44,646 nt of DNA from Bdellovibrionota bacterium (GCA_044356455.1 JBIKWF010000027.1:1-44646); one strand, 5' to 3'. Numbered from the stretch's first letter, positions 1 to 8,710 are shown. Numbers and translations: made by a program. Notes: a model not told the origin generated them from the sequence alone.

Positions 1-20
1 AAGCGCGTAAGGTAGGCTAG

Positions 21-962
21 TTAACTTATTTTTCCGCTGCTAAGGAGCAGGCGGTCTATGGCTTCAACAATCAAGTGGGCTTCAGGCTTAGAAAGCGCGG
101 CATTAGCTCCCACAGACTGACATTTCTCCTTCATTTGGTCATTCACCATTGATGAGAAGACAATGAATGGTTTGTCCTTCCATGCGGGGAGTGCCTTAAT
201 CTCTCGGCAAAGCGTAAGCCCATCCATACCCGGCATTTCAATGTCGCTAATGATGATGTCAACCTCTTCTGATTGGTGAGAGGTAATCCACGCAAGCCCC
301 TCTTTCCCTGTACCAAATACTTTGAAGTTCTTTAATCCACCTTTGGTGAGGGCCTTCAGAAGAACTTTTTGCACGACCACGGAGTCTTCGCAGTACAACA
401 CTTTCAAGTGTGATCGATCTAATTCCGCACTATTGCTTGGAGAGATCTGAGCTTCAAACGCATCGGTGCCCATGGAAGGATCAATTCGGCCCATCATCGC
501 TTCAAGGTCAAGGATCATTACAATCTCGTCATCAATAATGATGGTGCCTACCACCGATTGCTCCTCACTTGCGAATCCAGCTTGGTCCAAAGGACAGAAT
601 TTTTCCCAGGAAGATCGATGAATCCCATGCACTTTGTCGATCACATAGCCAATAGTTTTGCGATTAAATTCACAAACGAGGAGCAGGCGCCTATCCGAGC
701 TGACTTCACTTGAGGGGCGACCGAGCAAGGTCAGTAGATCGTAAGTTGCTATTGGCTTTTTGCGAAATTGGAGGAGGCCAAGAAAGCCGGGCAGGCCGTG
801 GGGAGGAACGGAAACTTTGTCGCCCTCAAAGACCATGATTTGGCAAACCTTGCCAACGTTAATTCCATATTGGCCGTTACCAACTGCAATGCGCAGGAAT
901 TCGACCTCATTCGTGCCTGATTCAAGGAGAATGCCTGAGCGCTTTGGGGATGAAGGGGCCAT
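21..962 (-). CDS. cheV: Chemotaxis protein CheV (CheW domain + receiver domain)
   Basis: N-terminal ILLESGTNEVEFL and CheW-like body, C-terminal REC domain (EDS, DIIISDIEMPGMDG, FSS, KP). ATG at 962 has GGAG 9 nt upstream; ORF track start 977 is a TTG overlapping that RBS. Confidence 0.9.
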   Translation of the reverse strand: MAPSSPKRSGILLESGTNEVEFLRIAVGNGQYGINVGKVCQIMVFEGDKVSVPPHGLPGFLGLLQFRKKPIATYDLLTLLGRPSSEVSSDRRLLLVCEFNRKTIGYVIDKVHGIHRSSWEKFCPLDQAGFASEEQSVVGTIIIDDEIVMILDLEAMMGRIDPSMGTDAFEAQISPSNSAELDRSHLKVLYCEDSVVVQKVLLKALTKGGLKNFKVFGTGKEGLAWITSHQSEEVDIIISDIEMPGMDGLTLCREIKALPAWKDKPFIVFSSMVNDQMKEKCQSVGANAALSKPEAHLIVEAIDRLLLSSGKIS

Positions 963-1050
963 GTGATGTTGCTCCAAAATGCATGGCTCTGGAGACCCCG
1001 CGGGGATCTATGAAGCGCATGCCCCCCACCGCGAGGGATCTCTAACTAAG

Positions 1051-1078
1051 GTATCGGAGCGAAATGAAGATTCCTTGA
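1051..1078 (-). promoter_or_regulatory. Putative sigma28 (FliA/SigD)-type promoter for cheV
   Basis: Minus strand reads TCAA-N16-TCCGATAC, close to TAAA/TCAA-N15/16-GCCGATAA, about 90 nt upstream of cheV; chemotaxis genes are typical sigma28 targets. Confidence 0.55.
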
Positions 1079-1131
1079 GACAGAGTTCCAGGGGGTGCGC
1101 GGTTCGCTAACACACGGACGGTGTTAACAAA

Positions 1132-1180
1132 TTAGAGAGCTCTGAAAAACTGGCTCTCAGCGTGCTCTGCCTCCTTCGCC
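1132..1180. repeat. Partial copy of the MITE-like element at 39286..39423
   Basis: ttagagagctctgaaaaac-tgg-ctctcagcgtgctctgcctccttcgcc resembles the reverse complement of 39357..39423 (ttagggaacctctgaaaaac...ctctcagtgaactctgcgtcctctgcgg). Confidence 0.55.
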
Positions 1181-1247
1181 AGAACCCTTTGAAGCGGCAT
1201 AGGGGGGCCGTGTACCCGGCGCCGTGTATGTTCCCTCAACCCAAAGG

Positions 1248-2375
1248 TTAGTGACTAATCCCGCTAAGAGCCTTTTCGTCGCGGTAGTAATTTCCGAATT
1301 CATTATCAAGAAAATCCATCAAGCTAATTTCTTCGCATTTCACCACACCAGAGGCCGCGTTCCCGCTCGCATCTTTAATCTTACCGGTGAGGAGTAGGTC
1401 GAGAGGGGTACAAATTCCAGACGCGGTGGTTACTTGAATTGCCCCAAAATGCTGAGCTCCCACTTTGCAGTTGTAAACGGTGCTCGCATAGGTCCTTTGC
1501 ACGAGTCTGCGCTCGACCGTGCCAACCACCTCAACAAAAATTAAGCATTTGTCTTGGTGGGTGGTTGGAATACTACGCTCGAACACATTCTTAAGAGTTG
1601 AACGGTCTTCATTAAACCTCAGATCGTTCATAAGAAGGGCTACGAGTTCGCGATGACCGGGATAGCGCACGGACTTGTAATCAAGGCGCCGCACTTTACC
1701 GGCGAGTGTTTCGCAAAGAGAACCAAGTCCCCCTGAGGTATTAAATGCCTCGTATTCGTTGCCATCCAAAGAGAATCGCTCGTAGCCTTCAAGAGGAAAT
1801 GCTTGCTGCTTTTTCCCTTCGTCGATCACCTCGCACATGTTTCCGTATTCATTGATGAGGCCCTCGGTCGACCAGGTGAGATTGTATTTAAGGCGGTTGC
1901 TTGGATAAATCGGCAGCGCGCCCACGCGCATTTTTACGGTATCGATTGCATGAAAGGAGCGCGCGAGATGCATGGCAGCGACACTAATAAATCCTGGTGC
2001 AAGGCCGCACTGGGGGATAAGGCAGGGCCCGCCCTTTTTTGCAAGGCGTGTGACCTGCCGCGTTACTTCAACATCCTCGGTAAGGTCTAAGTAGTGTACG
2101 CCAGAGCGCACGGCAAGTTCGGCGACTTGTGGATTGCAATAATAAGGCAGTGCACTCATGACGGCATGAGCCCCCTTGAGAAGAGCGAGTGTGGCAGCTT
2201 CGTCTTTCAGCGTGAGGGCGTGGCCGGTTGCTACTCCGGGGAACGCCTGCGCGAGCCTTTCCGCGCGCACGGGGTCGATATCGCACACACGAACCTTATA
2301 GCGGCCAGACTTGGCCAGCAGTGCAACAATTGCTTCACCAATTTTCCCGGCACCGAATAACGCAACAGTGAACAT
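1248..2375 (-). CDS. Saccharopine dehydrogenase / lysine 6-dehydrogenase family protein
   Basis: Rossmann motif GAGKIG directly after Met at 2375 (RBS AGAGGA), plus YLDLTED, QCGLAPG, YNLTWSTEGLINEY, EAFNTSGG, YKSVRYPGH. The ORF-track extension to 2492 is unlikely to be translated. Confidence 0.85.
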   Translation of the reverse strand: MFTVALFGAGKIGEAIVALLAKSGRYKVRVCDIDPVRAERLAQAFPGVATGHALTLKDEAATLALLKGAHAVMSALPYYCNPQVAELAVRSGVHYLDLTEDVEVTRQVTRLAKKGGPCLIPQCGLAPGFISVAAMHLARSFHAIDTVKMRVGALPIYPSNRLKYNLTWSTEGLINEYGNMCEVIDEGKKQQAFPLEGYERFSLDGNEYEAFNTSGGLGSLCETLAGKVRRLDYKSVRYPGHRELVALLMNDLRFNEDRSTLKNVFERSIPTTHQDKCLIFVEVVGTVERRLVQRTYASTVYNCKVGAQHFGAIQVTTASGICTPLDLLLTGKIKDASGNAASGVVKCEEISLMDFLDNEFGNYYRDEKALSGISH

Positions 2376-2546
2376 ACTTTCCTCTAGAAAAAGGAGGCTG
2401 CGAAAGGTTCGCGTCTCTGTGGCACAAGATTCGCCCAGGGTGAGCAGCGGGACAAGGACTAGTCGCAGGGCTCGAAGTGCATCAAGGGGCACGATTGGAA
2501 TAGAGGTGCCTCAAATATTCGCAAGGATTTGAGTGGGGAAAAGGAT

Positions 2547-2629
2547 TGGTGAGAGTGGGGTTCGAACCCACGTAGGCGTAAGCCAGCAGATTTACAGTCT
2601 GCCCCCTTTAGCCACTCGGGCATCTCACC
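2547..2629 (-). tRNA. tRNA-Tyr (GTA)
   Basis: Acceptor GGTGAGA/TCTCACC-A, anticodon arm GCAGA-CTGTAAA-TCTGC, long variable arm, GGTTCGAACCC T arm; CCA not encoded. Confidence 0.97.
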
Positions 2630-2693
2630 GCAAGAAACTCAAGCTAAAACGGCGTGGCAGCCGCGTAAGCCCAGAAAACCTAAAAATCTCTTA

Positions 2694-2933
2694 GGTGAAC
2701 CTTGGGGCGGTCTATTAAACCGGCGCAAGTTCACCCAGGCGAAAAATATCCCGGGTGCAGGGTGGAAGCCCTGCCCGCCGAAATAGTTTCATGGATGAAT
2801 CTTGGGACGGTTTGTTAAACCGGCGCAAGTTCACCCAGGAAATAAAATCCGCGGGTGCAGGGTAGCAAACCCTGCCCGTCGGGTGAATCTTGGGACGGTT
2901 TGTTAAACCGGCGCAAGTTCACCCAGGAAATAA
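2694..2933. repeat. A-B-A-B-A array of two palindromic units between tRNA-Tyr and tRNA-Gly
   Basis: Unit A at 2694..2739, 2793..2845, 2881..2933 (2796..2845 and 2884..2933 identical over 50 bp); unit B at 2752..2777 and 2852..2878. Both are hairpins. Confidence 0.9.
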
Positions 2934-3010
2934 TGGAGCGGGAGACGAGACTCGAACTCGCGACCCTCAGCTTGGAAGGCTGATGCTCTAGCCAACTGAG
3001 CTACTCCCGC
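2934..3010 (-). tRNA. tRNA-Gly (TCC)
   Basis: GCGGGAG/CTCCCGC-T-CCA acceptor, TCAGC-CTTCCAA-GCTGA anticodon arm, GCGAG-TTCGAGT-CTCGT T arm; CCA encoded. Confidence 0.97.
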
Positions 3011-3013
3011 TCC

Positions 3014-3089
<76 letters not shown>

Positions 3090-3109
3090 TAATCAATCGG
3101 CCGGCAGAG

Positions 3110-3138
3110 GTTTTACTGGAACCTGAGCAGGGAGTAAA
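3110..3138 (-). promoter_or_regulatory. Putative sigma70 promoter of the Thr(GGT)-Gly-Tyr tRNA group
   Basis: Minus strand TTTACT-N17-TAAAAC followed by GC-rich discriminator CTCTGCCGGCCG, 20 nt before tRNA-Thr(GGT). Confidence 0.45.
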
Positions 3139-3245
3139 TATTTGAACACAGGAAACTTTCGAGAAGGGGTTAATTTTGAGCGGGCAGAGGTAGTTGGAGG
3201 GGCGATAGCCCTAGAGCCTTAGCTCCAGGGTGCCTCCAGAGGTGC

Positions 3246-3352
3246 AGGTAGGGCGCCCTGTCCCCAGGGCGCCGAAATATCTCCCAATGGGAAAGATTCC
3301 GAGATGTGCCTACATCGCTTGTTCGGCGCCCTGAGGACAGGGCGCCCTACCT
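3246..3352. repeat. GTAG-type REP doublet (REPIN-like inverted pair)
   Basis: 31-bp inverted repeats 3246..3276 and 3322..3352 with one mismatch; each is GTAG followed by palindrome GGCGCCCTG-N4-CAGGGCGCC. Confidence 0.85.
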
Positions 3353-3388
3353 CGGATGTGATTTACTCGTTCTGACGGATTCTCTTGC

Positions 3389-3417
3389 TTTACATCGAGA
3401 GGGGGAAACTCTAGATT
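3389..3417 (+). promoter_or_regulatory. Putative sigma70 promoter of the Thr(TGT)-Trp tRNA group
   Basis: TTTACA-N17-TAGATT followed by GC-rich TCTGCCTCCG, 67 nt before tRNA-Thr(TGT). Confidence 0.55.
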
Positions 3418-3484
3418 TCTGCCTCCGCTGAGCAACTTGACGGCAGGTAACCTGCTTGTTTGAGTAGCGGAAGTGGTTTGATGT

Positions 3485-3557
3485 GCTGGCATAGCTCAAC
3501 TGGCAGAGCAGCTGATTTGTAATCAGCAGGTTACCGGTTCAACTCCGGTTGCCAGCT
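3485..3557 (+). tRNA. tRNA-Thr (TGT)
   Basis: GCTGGCA/TGCCAGC-T acceptor, GCTGA-TTTGTAA-TCAGC anticodon arm, ACCGG-TTCAACT-CCGGT T arm; CCA not encoded. Confidence 0.97.
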
Positions 3558-3631
3558 TTCTTCTAAAGGGAAGCTGTTGTAGGTCATACATTCTAGGTTT
3601 TTGTAGTTTTTTGATTGGTAACGAAACACAT

Positions 3632-3776
3632 ACGCTCGTAGCTCAATTGGTAGAGCAACGGATTCCAAATCCGTAGGACGTGGTGGCATCGCGAAGCGAA
3701 ACGAGCCACCACGTAACAGAGGTGATAACGCGAGCTGGCGAGCGTTATCTCCACTAGGGGGGACCCAACCTACGGA
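3632..3776 (+). pseudogene. Truncated/interrupted duplicate of tRNA-Trp (5' 46 nt) followed by palindromic inserts
   Basis: 3618..3677 is identical to 3797..3856 (14 nt flank + first 46 nt of tRNA-Trp); instead of the T arm come hairpins 3678..3714 and 3724..3749 and a 13-nt antisense tRNA fragment 3764..3776. Confidence 0.85.
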
Positions 3777-3810
3777 AGGTTTGATATAGGTAGTAAGTAA
3801 CGAAACACAT

Positions 3811-3883
3811 ACGCTCGTAGCTCAATTGGTAGAGCAACGGATTCCAAATCCGTAGGTTGGGGGTTCGATTCCCTCCGAGCGTG
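3811..3883 (+). tRNA. tRNA-Trp (CCA)
   Basis: ACGCTCG/CGAGCGT-G acceptor, ACGGA-TTCCAAA-TCCGT anticodon arm, GGGGG-TTCGATT-CCCTC T arm; CCA end not encoded. Confidence 0.97.
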
Positions 3884-3912
3884 CTCCTCACAATCTCTTC
3901 TTTCTCTCCCCT

Positions 3913-5112
3913 ATGAAACTTCGGTCAGTAACTCTTAAGGCAGTAACTCTTAAGAGCGGGAGAGAACGGTCTCTTCTCAACAAGCATCCTTGGGTCTTCT
4001 CTGGGGGTGTTCACACCCTTCCCGAATGTGAGGACGGCTCGCTCGTGAACGTGCGTGCCGCTGACGGCTCGCTCTTAGGAAGCGGGTACATCAATCGCAA
4101 ATCGTCAATTGTAGTACGCATGCTGCAATTTGGAGAGGGAGATCCTCGCGAAGCGATTTTCGAAAATTTGGAGCGCGCGGTTGCGATGCGCGAGCGTGCA
4201 CAACAATCTTGGCTCGATGTAACTAAGACAAATGCGTATCGATTAGTGAACAGCGAAGGCGATTTTGTGCCTGGGCTGATAGTCGATCGTTATGACGATG
4301 TGCTGGTGTTTCAGATCAGTACGCTTGGAATCGAAGTTTTGCGAAGTGAGATAGTAGCGTGGTTTAAAAAGCGCTTGGCGCCTCGGATTATTTTTGAAAA
4401 ATCGACTTCAGGTGCGCGCAAGGAAGAGGGGCTTGAGCCTCGCGAGGGTGTTCTTGAAGGCGGCGAGCCGGGTAAGGTCGTCGTCCTTGAGCATGGCAAT
4501 AAATTTTCCGTGAGTTTCCGCGATAGCCAGAAAACAGGCTTTTTTCTTGATCAGCGTGAAATGCGTGTGCTCGTAGGTGCGCTTGCCAAAAATCGAAGCG
4601 TGCTGAACTGTTTTTCCTATACGGGCGGCTTCTCCGTGTATGCGGCGAAGGCGGGGGCTCGTAGCGTAGAATCCGTTGATATTTCAGCGCCTGCCATTGA
4701 TGGGGCGAAGGAAAATTTTGAGCTTAATGGCCTTAGTAGTGAGCAACATGCCTTTCGAGCCGCCGATGTTTTTGATCGGCTTCGGGAAGACGATGATTTT
4801 TTCGACGTGGTGATTCTGGATCCCCCTGCTTTTGCGAAGCGCCGCACGCATGTGCAGCAAGCTTGTAAGGGCTATAGCGAGATTAACCGAGAGGGGATGA
4901 AACGCGTGTCGCCGGGAGGCTATTTAATCACGAGCTCTTGCTCCCACTTCGTCGATGACAAGCTGTTTCAGCAAGTAGCGTTCCAAGCTGCGCGGGATGC
5001 AGGCAGAGCTATTCGGATAGTGGGACACCACGTGCATGCTTTTGATCACCCGGTAAGTATTTTCCACCCGGAGGGGGCATACTTAAAGAGCTTGGTGCTA
5101 CAGGTGGAGTAG
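3913..5112 (+). CDS. rlmI: RlmI-family class I SAM-dependent rRNA m5C methyltransferase with PUA domain
   Basis: HPWVFSG PUA start, AYRLVNSEGDFVPGLIVDRY, QKTGFFLDQR, VLNCFSYTGGFS, ILDPPAF, TSSCS, DHP...EGAYLK motifs. Confidence 0.85.
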   Translation: MKLRSVTLKAVTLKSGRERSLLNKHPWVFSGGVHTLPECEDGSLVNVRAADGSLLGSGYINRKSSIVVRMLQFGEGDPREAIFENLERAVAMRERAQQSWLDVTKTNAYRLVNSEGDFVPGLIVDRYDDVLVFQISTLGIEVLRSEIVAWFKKRLAPRIIFEKSTSGARKEEGLEPREGVLEGGEPGKVVVLEHGNKFSVSFRDSQKTGFFLDQREMRVLVGALAKNRSVLNCFSYTGGFSVYAAKAGARSVESVDISAPAIDGAKENFELNGLSSEQHAFRAADVFDRLREDDDFFDVVILDPPAFAKRRTHVQQACKGYSEINREGMKRVSPGGYLITSSCSHFVDDKLFQQVAFQAARDAGRAIRIVGHHVHAFDHPVSIFHPEGAYLKSLVLQVE

Positions 5113-5619
5113 GCAGTCCGAGCCGCGTATTGTTGGGGTGGTTTCAATTCCCCGCTTGGTCAAATGCCTTAGCTGCCTTAGCGACTTTGCGGGTACTTTG
5201 GGCGAGGTGCGCCGAATCAATGTCTTGCGAGCGGTGCTTTCCTTGCAGAGAGCTTCACAGGGGCGTGAGATATAAAAACGAGGAGTTCCGGGAGCTTGTG
5301 GATTCCTAGCGGGCCTGGTGGTCGTGGGGTGAAGGCCTTTTCCCTTGCGGCCGCCTTCTTGTTACCTCCTCAGCGGCTGGTTTGCTCTAGTCTCCTATTT
5401 TTGTTAGGTTTCGTCGCCGCTTACCAAGTAGGTGCGTGCGAGGGGCCTAGATTTTTCGATTTTAAATGAGGCCCTTACGTGCCAAGTCCTTAAGGGGCGG
5501 TCCCTAAGTGGCAGGTAGTAAGGCAGATATTTCTCGCCGTCAGATACTCTCTGATGAGATCTCGGTGGGGGTGAGCGTGTTTTTGGTTAGTGGTAAAGCA
5601 CTTACGTAAGGTAGTCCGT

Positions 5620-5853
5620 ATGGCTATTAATCAGGCAGCAGGGAAACAGGCGGGAGAAGCAGAAGGCTCGTTTATTACGCGCAGCTCTCGCTACGTTTCT
5701 GAGAGCCTTGACGAGCTCAAGAAGATTCATTCTCCGACGAGACAGGAAGCGATTCAAGCAACTGTGGTCACGATGGTGATTGTGGTTTTTATTTCGTGCG
5801 TAGTGGCTCTTATGGATCTTATCTTCGGCTGGGTAACTAGGATGATCCTCTGA
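5620..5853 (+). CDS. secE: Preprotein translocase subunit SecE
   Basis: ESLDELKKIHSPTRQE motif followed by one TM helix and ...LMDL; position directly before nusG. ATG 5620 preferred over GTG 5590. Confidence 0.9.
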   Translation: MAINQAAGKQAGEAEGSFITRSSRYVSESLDELKKIHSPTRQEAIQATVVTMVIVVFISCVVALMDLIFGWVTRMIL

Positions 5854-5963
5854 AATCCCATGATTTTATGGGCTTTAGTGAAGAGCTGAGCTGTTTGGGA
5901 CGAGAAGAGCAGCGTCCGTAAATTTAGTTTTTTCTTTTTATTCTATTATTCCTCGGGCTGGAT

Positions 5964-6509
5964 ATGGTTCGCGAAGACAACGAATTGCGCTGGTATGTAG
6001 TTCACGCCTACTCCGGCTTTGAGATGAAAGCCAAGCAAGCCTTAGAGGAGCGTATTCGCACCCACAATTTAGGCGAGCGCTTCGGAGAGATTCACGTTCC
6101 GCAGGAGACGGTGGTAGAGCTCGTGCGGGGTCAAAAGAAGACTTCCAACAGGAAGTTCTTCCCTGGGTACATTCTTGTTCAAATGAGAATGAACCAAGAT
6201 ACCTGGCATCTGGTCATGGAGACGCCGAAGATTACGGGGTTCGTAGGCGACCAGTCCGACCCTAGTCCTATGACGCAGGAAGAGGTTGAGCGCATCCTTG
6301 ATCAGGTCAAGGAAGGGGCGAGCTCGCCGAAGGCCAAGATGAACTTCGACCAAGGGGAGACCATTAAGGTCGTAGACGGTCCGTTTACGGATTTTGTGGG
6401 CACAATTGAGGAAGTGAAGCCGGAAAAGGGCAAGGTGAAAGTATTGATCAGTATTTTCGGTCGTGCTACTCCCGTCGAGCTCGATTTCATCCAAGTCGAA
6501 AAAGCATAA
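5964..6509 (+). CDS. nusG: Transcription termination/antitermination factor NusG
   Basis: WYVVHAYSGFE, FFPGYILV, KOW motif VVDGPFTDFVG, IFGRATPVEL. Confidence 0.98.
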   Translation: MVREDNELRWYVVHAYSGFEMKAKQALEERIRTHNLGERFGEIHVPQETVVELVRGQKKTSNRKFFPGYILVQMRMNQDTWHLVMETPKITGFVGDQSDPSPMTQEEVERILDQVKEGASSPKAKMNFDQGETIKVVDGPFTDFVGTIEEVKPEKGKVKVLISIFGRATPVELDFIQVEKA

Positions 6510-6708
6510 GTACCCGAAAAATACGGGCTTTTTTATTTCCAGCGGCGGATGTTTCTCGGTGTTTTGAGCTTTTCCAGGCTTGGAAGGCTTGAAACGGCGA
6601 AAAATTTCCGTTTTTTGGATGAAATTTCTGTCTCGGGGCAAAAAAGTTTAAGTTCAGAAGGGCAAAGCGGGAAACTAAAAATTGTGACCCGCATTGCGAA
6701 GGAAATAG

Positions 6709-7134
6709 ATGGCAAAAGAAATTAACGCAATCGTAAAATTGCAGATCCCCGGCGGACAAGCTAACCCAGCTCCTCCCATTGGACCTGTGCTCGGTCAGCA
6801 TGGTGTAAACATCATGGACTTCTGCAAGCAATTCAATGCGAAGACTCAGAAAGTTCAGGGTGAGGTGACTCCTGTTATCATCACGATTTATAAAGATCGT
6901 TCCTTCACCTTTGAGATGAAGACCCCTCCGGTGTCTTACCTCATTAAGAAGGCTATCGGTCTTGAGAAGGGCTCTGGCGTTCCCAATAAGGAGAAGGTTG
7001 GGAAGTTAAAGAAAGAGCAGGCCTACGCAATTGCGAAGGCCAAGATTCAGGATATGAATTCCAACGATGTTGAGTCTGCGTATCGTCAGGTCGTTGGCGC
7101 TGCCCGAAGCATGGGCGTGGATGTAATTGATTAG
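6709..7134 (+). CDS. rplK: 50S ribosomal protein L11
   Basis: [32 protein letters not shown]. Confidence 0.98.
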   Translation: MAKEINAIVKLQIPGGQANPAPPIGPVLGQHGVNIMDFCKQFNAKTQKVQGEVTPVIITIYKDRSFTFEMKTPPVSYLIKKAIGLEKGSGVPNKEKVGKLKKEQAYAIAKAKIQDMNSNDVESAYRQVVGAARSMGVDVID

Positions 7135-7243
7135 CTGATCCGACCTCATGTTCGACCTCAGGTGATACCCCCTTCGAAGTGGTGTGTCAGTAGAGGAAGC
7201 TAGGTGGTGGTAAAGCGAGAATTTGACCCGGTAAGGTGTTTGT

Positions 7244-7939
7244 ATGGCTAAGGAAGGAAAGAGAATTCGGAAGCTTCGTGAGCAGGTAGATGCTGAGAAG
7301 CTCTTTGAGCTTGCGGAAGCTTGCAAGACCGTTGCTGCGACGAAGTCAGCTAAGTTTGACGAGACCGTTGAGATGGTTGTTTCACTCGGCGTGGATCCTC
7401 GTAAGGCTGAGCAGAATGTTCGCGGAAGTGTTCCGCTCCCTAACGGGCTTGGAAAGAATATTCGCGTTCTCGTTTTCGCCAAGGGTGAGAAGGCTCAAGA
7501 GGCTACTGGTGCTGGCGCTGACTTAGTTGGCGGAGATGATCTTGTAGAGAAGATTAAGGGCGGCTTTACCGACTTCGATAGCGTTGTTGCGACGCCTGAC
7601 ATGATGGGACAAGTCGGAAAGGTCGGAAAGATCCTTGGACCCCGAGGGCTCATGCCTTCGCCAAAGATTGGAACGGTAACGTTCGACATCGCGGCGACGG
7701 TGAAGTCTATCAAGGCGGGGCGTTCGGAGTTCCGCGTTGATAAGGCCGGAATTGTTCACACGGCAATTGGTAAGGCTTCTTTTGGTGGTGAGAAGATCTT
7801 GGAGAACGCCCAGGCGATGCTTCAGGCTCTGATTAAGGCGAAGCCTTCCACGAGTAAGGGCGTGTATCTCAAGAAGGGCTCCCTCGCATTGACGATGGGA
7901 CCTGGTGTGAAAGTGGACTTGGCTCCATTCCGAGGGTAG
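7244..7939 (+). CDS. rplA: 50S ribosomal protein L1
   Basis: [36 protein letters not shown]. Confidence 0.98.
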   Translation: MAKEGKRIRKLREQVDAEKLFELAEACKTVAATKSAKFDETVEMVVSLGVDPRKAEQNVRGSVPLPNGLGKNIRVLVFAKGEKAQEATGAGADLVGGDDLVEKIKGGFTDFDSVVATPDMMGQVGKVGKILGPRGLMPSPKIGTVTFDIAATVKSIKAGRSEFRVDKAGIVHTAIGKASFGGEKILENAQAMLQALIKAKPSTSKGVYLKKGSLALTMGPGVKVDLAPFRG

Positions 7940-8036
7940 TTGTTTACGTTCCCCTTGGTGGTCGGCCTCAAGAAGAGAAGCCGAGAGCTCGGCCGACAAG
8001 CTAATTTGGGGCGGCAAAGTTTAAAATGAGAGTTCT

Positions 8037-8591
8037 ATGAATCGAGCTGAGAAACAGACAGAAGTAGAGTTTATTCAGAGCTCACTAACCAAAGCTCAAG
8101 TCGCGCTTTGCGCCGACTATCGTGGCCTTACGGTTGCTGAGATTACCAAGCTTCGAAAGAAGCTTCGTGAGAGCGGCGCTGAGTCTCGTGTGGTGAAGAA
8201 CACCCTCGCGAAGATTTCAGCGAAGAAAGCCTTTGGCTCCGCAAAAGCCTCTGATCTTGAGAAATTCGTGACCATGTTCAAAGGCCCGAGCCTTTTGGTG
8301 GTGTCATCAACTGACCCTGTTGCTCCGGCGAAGGTGATCAGTGACTTCGTTAAGGAGTCGAAAGAAAAGCTTAAGATTAAAGGTGGCTGGATTGACGGCG
8401 CTTGCCTCGATGGGAAGGGAGTTGACTCTCTTTCCAAGATGCCAGGCAAGAAGGAGACGTTGGCAAAGTTGCTCAGCGTCTTGGTCGCTCCAGCTACCCA
8501 ATTCGTTCGGTTGCTGCAGGCTCCTGGTACCCAGACGGTCCAGGTTCTTGAGGCTCACCGAAAGAATCTTGAGGAGAAAAAGGCAGCCTAA
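8037..8591 (+). CDS. rplJ: 50S ribosomal protein L10
   Basis: DYRGLTV, VVKNTLA, KGP motifs; synteny. Confidence 0.97.
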   Translation: MNRAEKQTEVEFIQSSLTKAQVALCADYRGLTVAEITKLRKKLRESGAESRVVKNTLAKISAKKAFGSAKASDLEKFVTMFKGPSLLVVSSTDPVAPAKVISDFVKESKEKLKIKGGWIDGACLDGKGVDSLSKMPGKKETLAKLLSVLVAPATQFVRLLQAPGTQTVQVLEAHRKNLEEKKAA

Positions 8592-8710
8592 TTCGTTCGC
8601 GCTGCGAGGGGCCGAGAGGCTTAATGCCTTGGAGGTCTAGCCTCATAGGTGTAGCGCGAACTGGCTGTTTTAAATTTTAGTTTGAATGAGTTTGATAGGA
8701 AGGAGTGCGT

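Noticed and set aside
2376..2546. Lysine riboswitch before the saccharopine dehydrogenase gene, and its 39-codon N-terminal extension
   Set aside because: No riboswitch consensus recognised; the Rossmann fold and RBS place the start at 2375.
2694..2933. CRISPR array interpretation of the repeats between tRNA-Tyr and tRNA-Gly
   Set aside because: The intervening segments are themselves repeats (unit B) of unequal length rather than unique spacers, only three copies exist, and no cas genes are present.
3310..3492. 60-aa minus-strand ORF in the tRNA cluster
   Set aside because: Overlaps tRNA-Thr, its promoter and a REP arm; no coding evidence.
3632..3883. Group I intron or BHB-type intron in tRNA-Trp
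   Set aside because: The insert is too short for a group I core, is not in the anticodon loop, and the downstream copy is already a complete tRNA.
5551..5580. CTGATGAG hammerhead-like core (similar TTGATGAG at about 22458 and 41840)
   Set aside because: No GAAA after a stem II and no matching stems I/III.
5113..5619. Expected rpmG (L33) upstream of secE
   Set aside because: No L33-like reading frame found by manual reading.
6513..6538. Terminator after nusG (CCCG/CGGG plus T tract)
   Set aside because: Only a 4-bp core stem; too weak to call.
7940..8036. L10 leader
   Set aside because: A stem (GTCGGCC/GGCCGAC) is present but I could not recognise the L10 leader consensus; needs an Infernal search.
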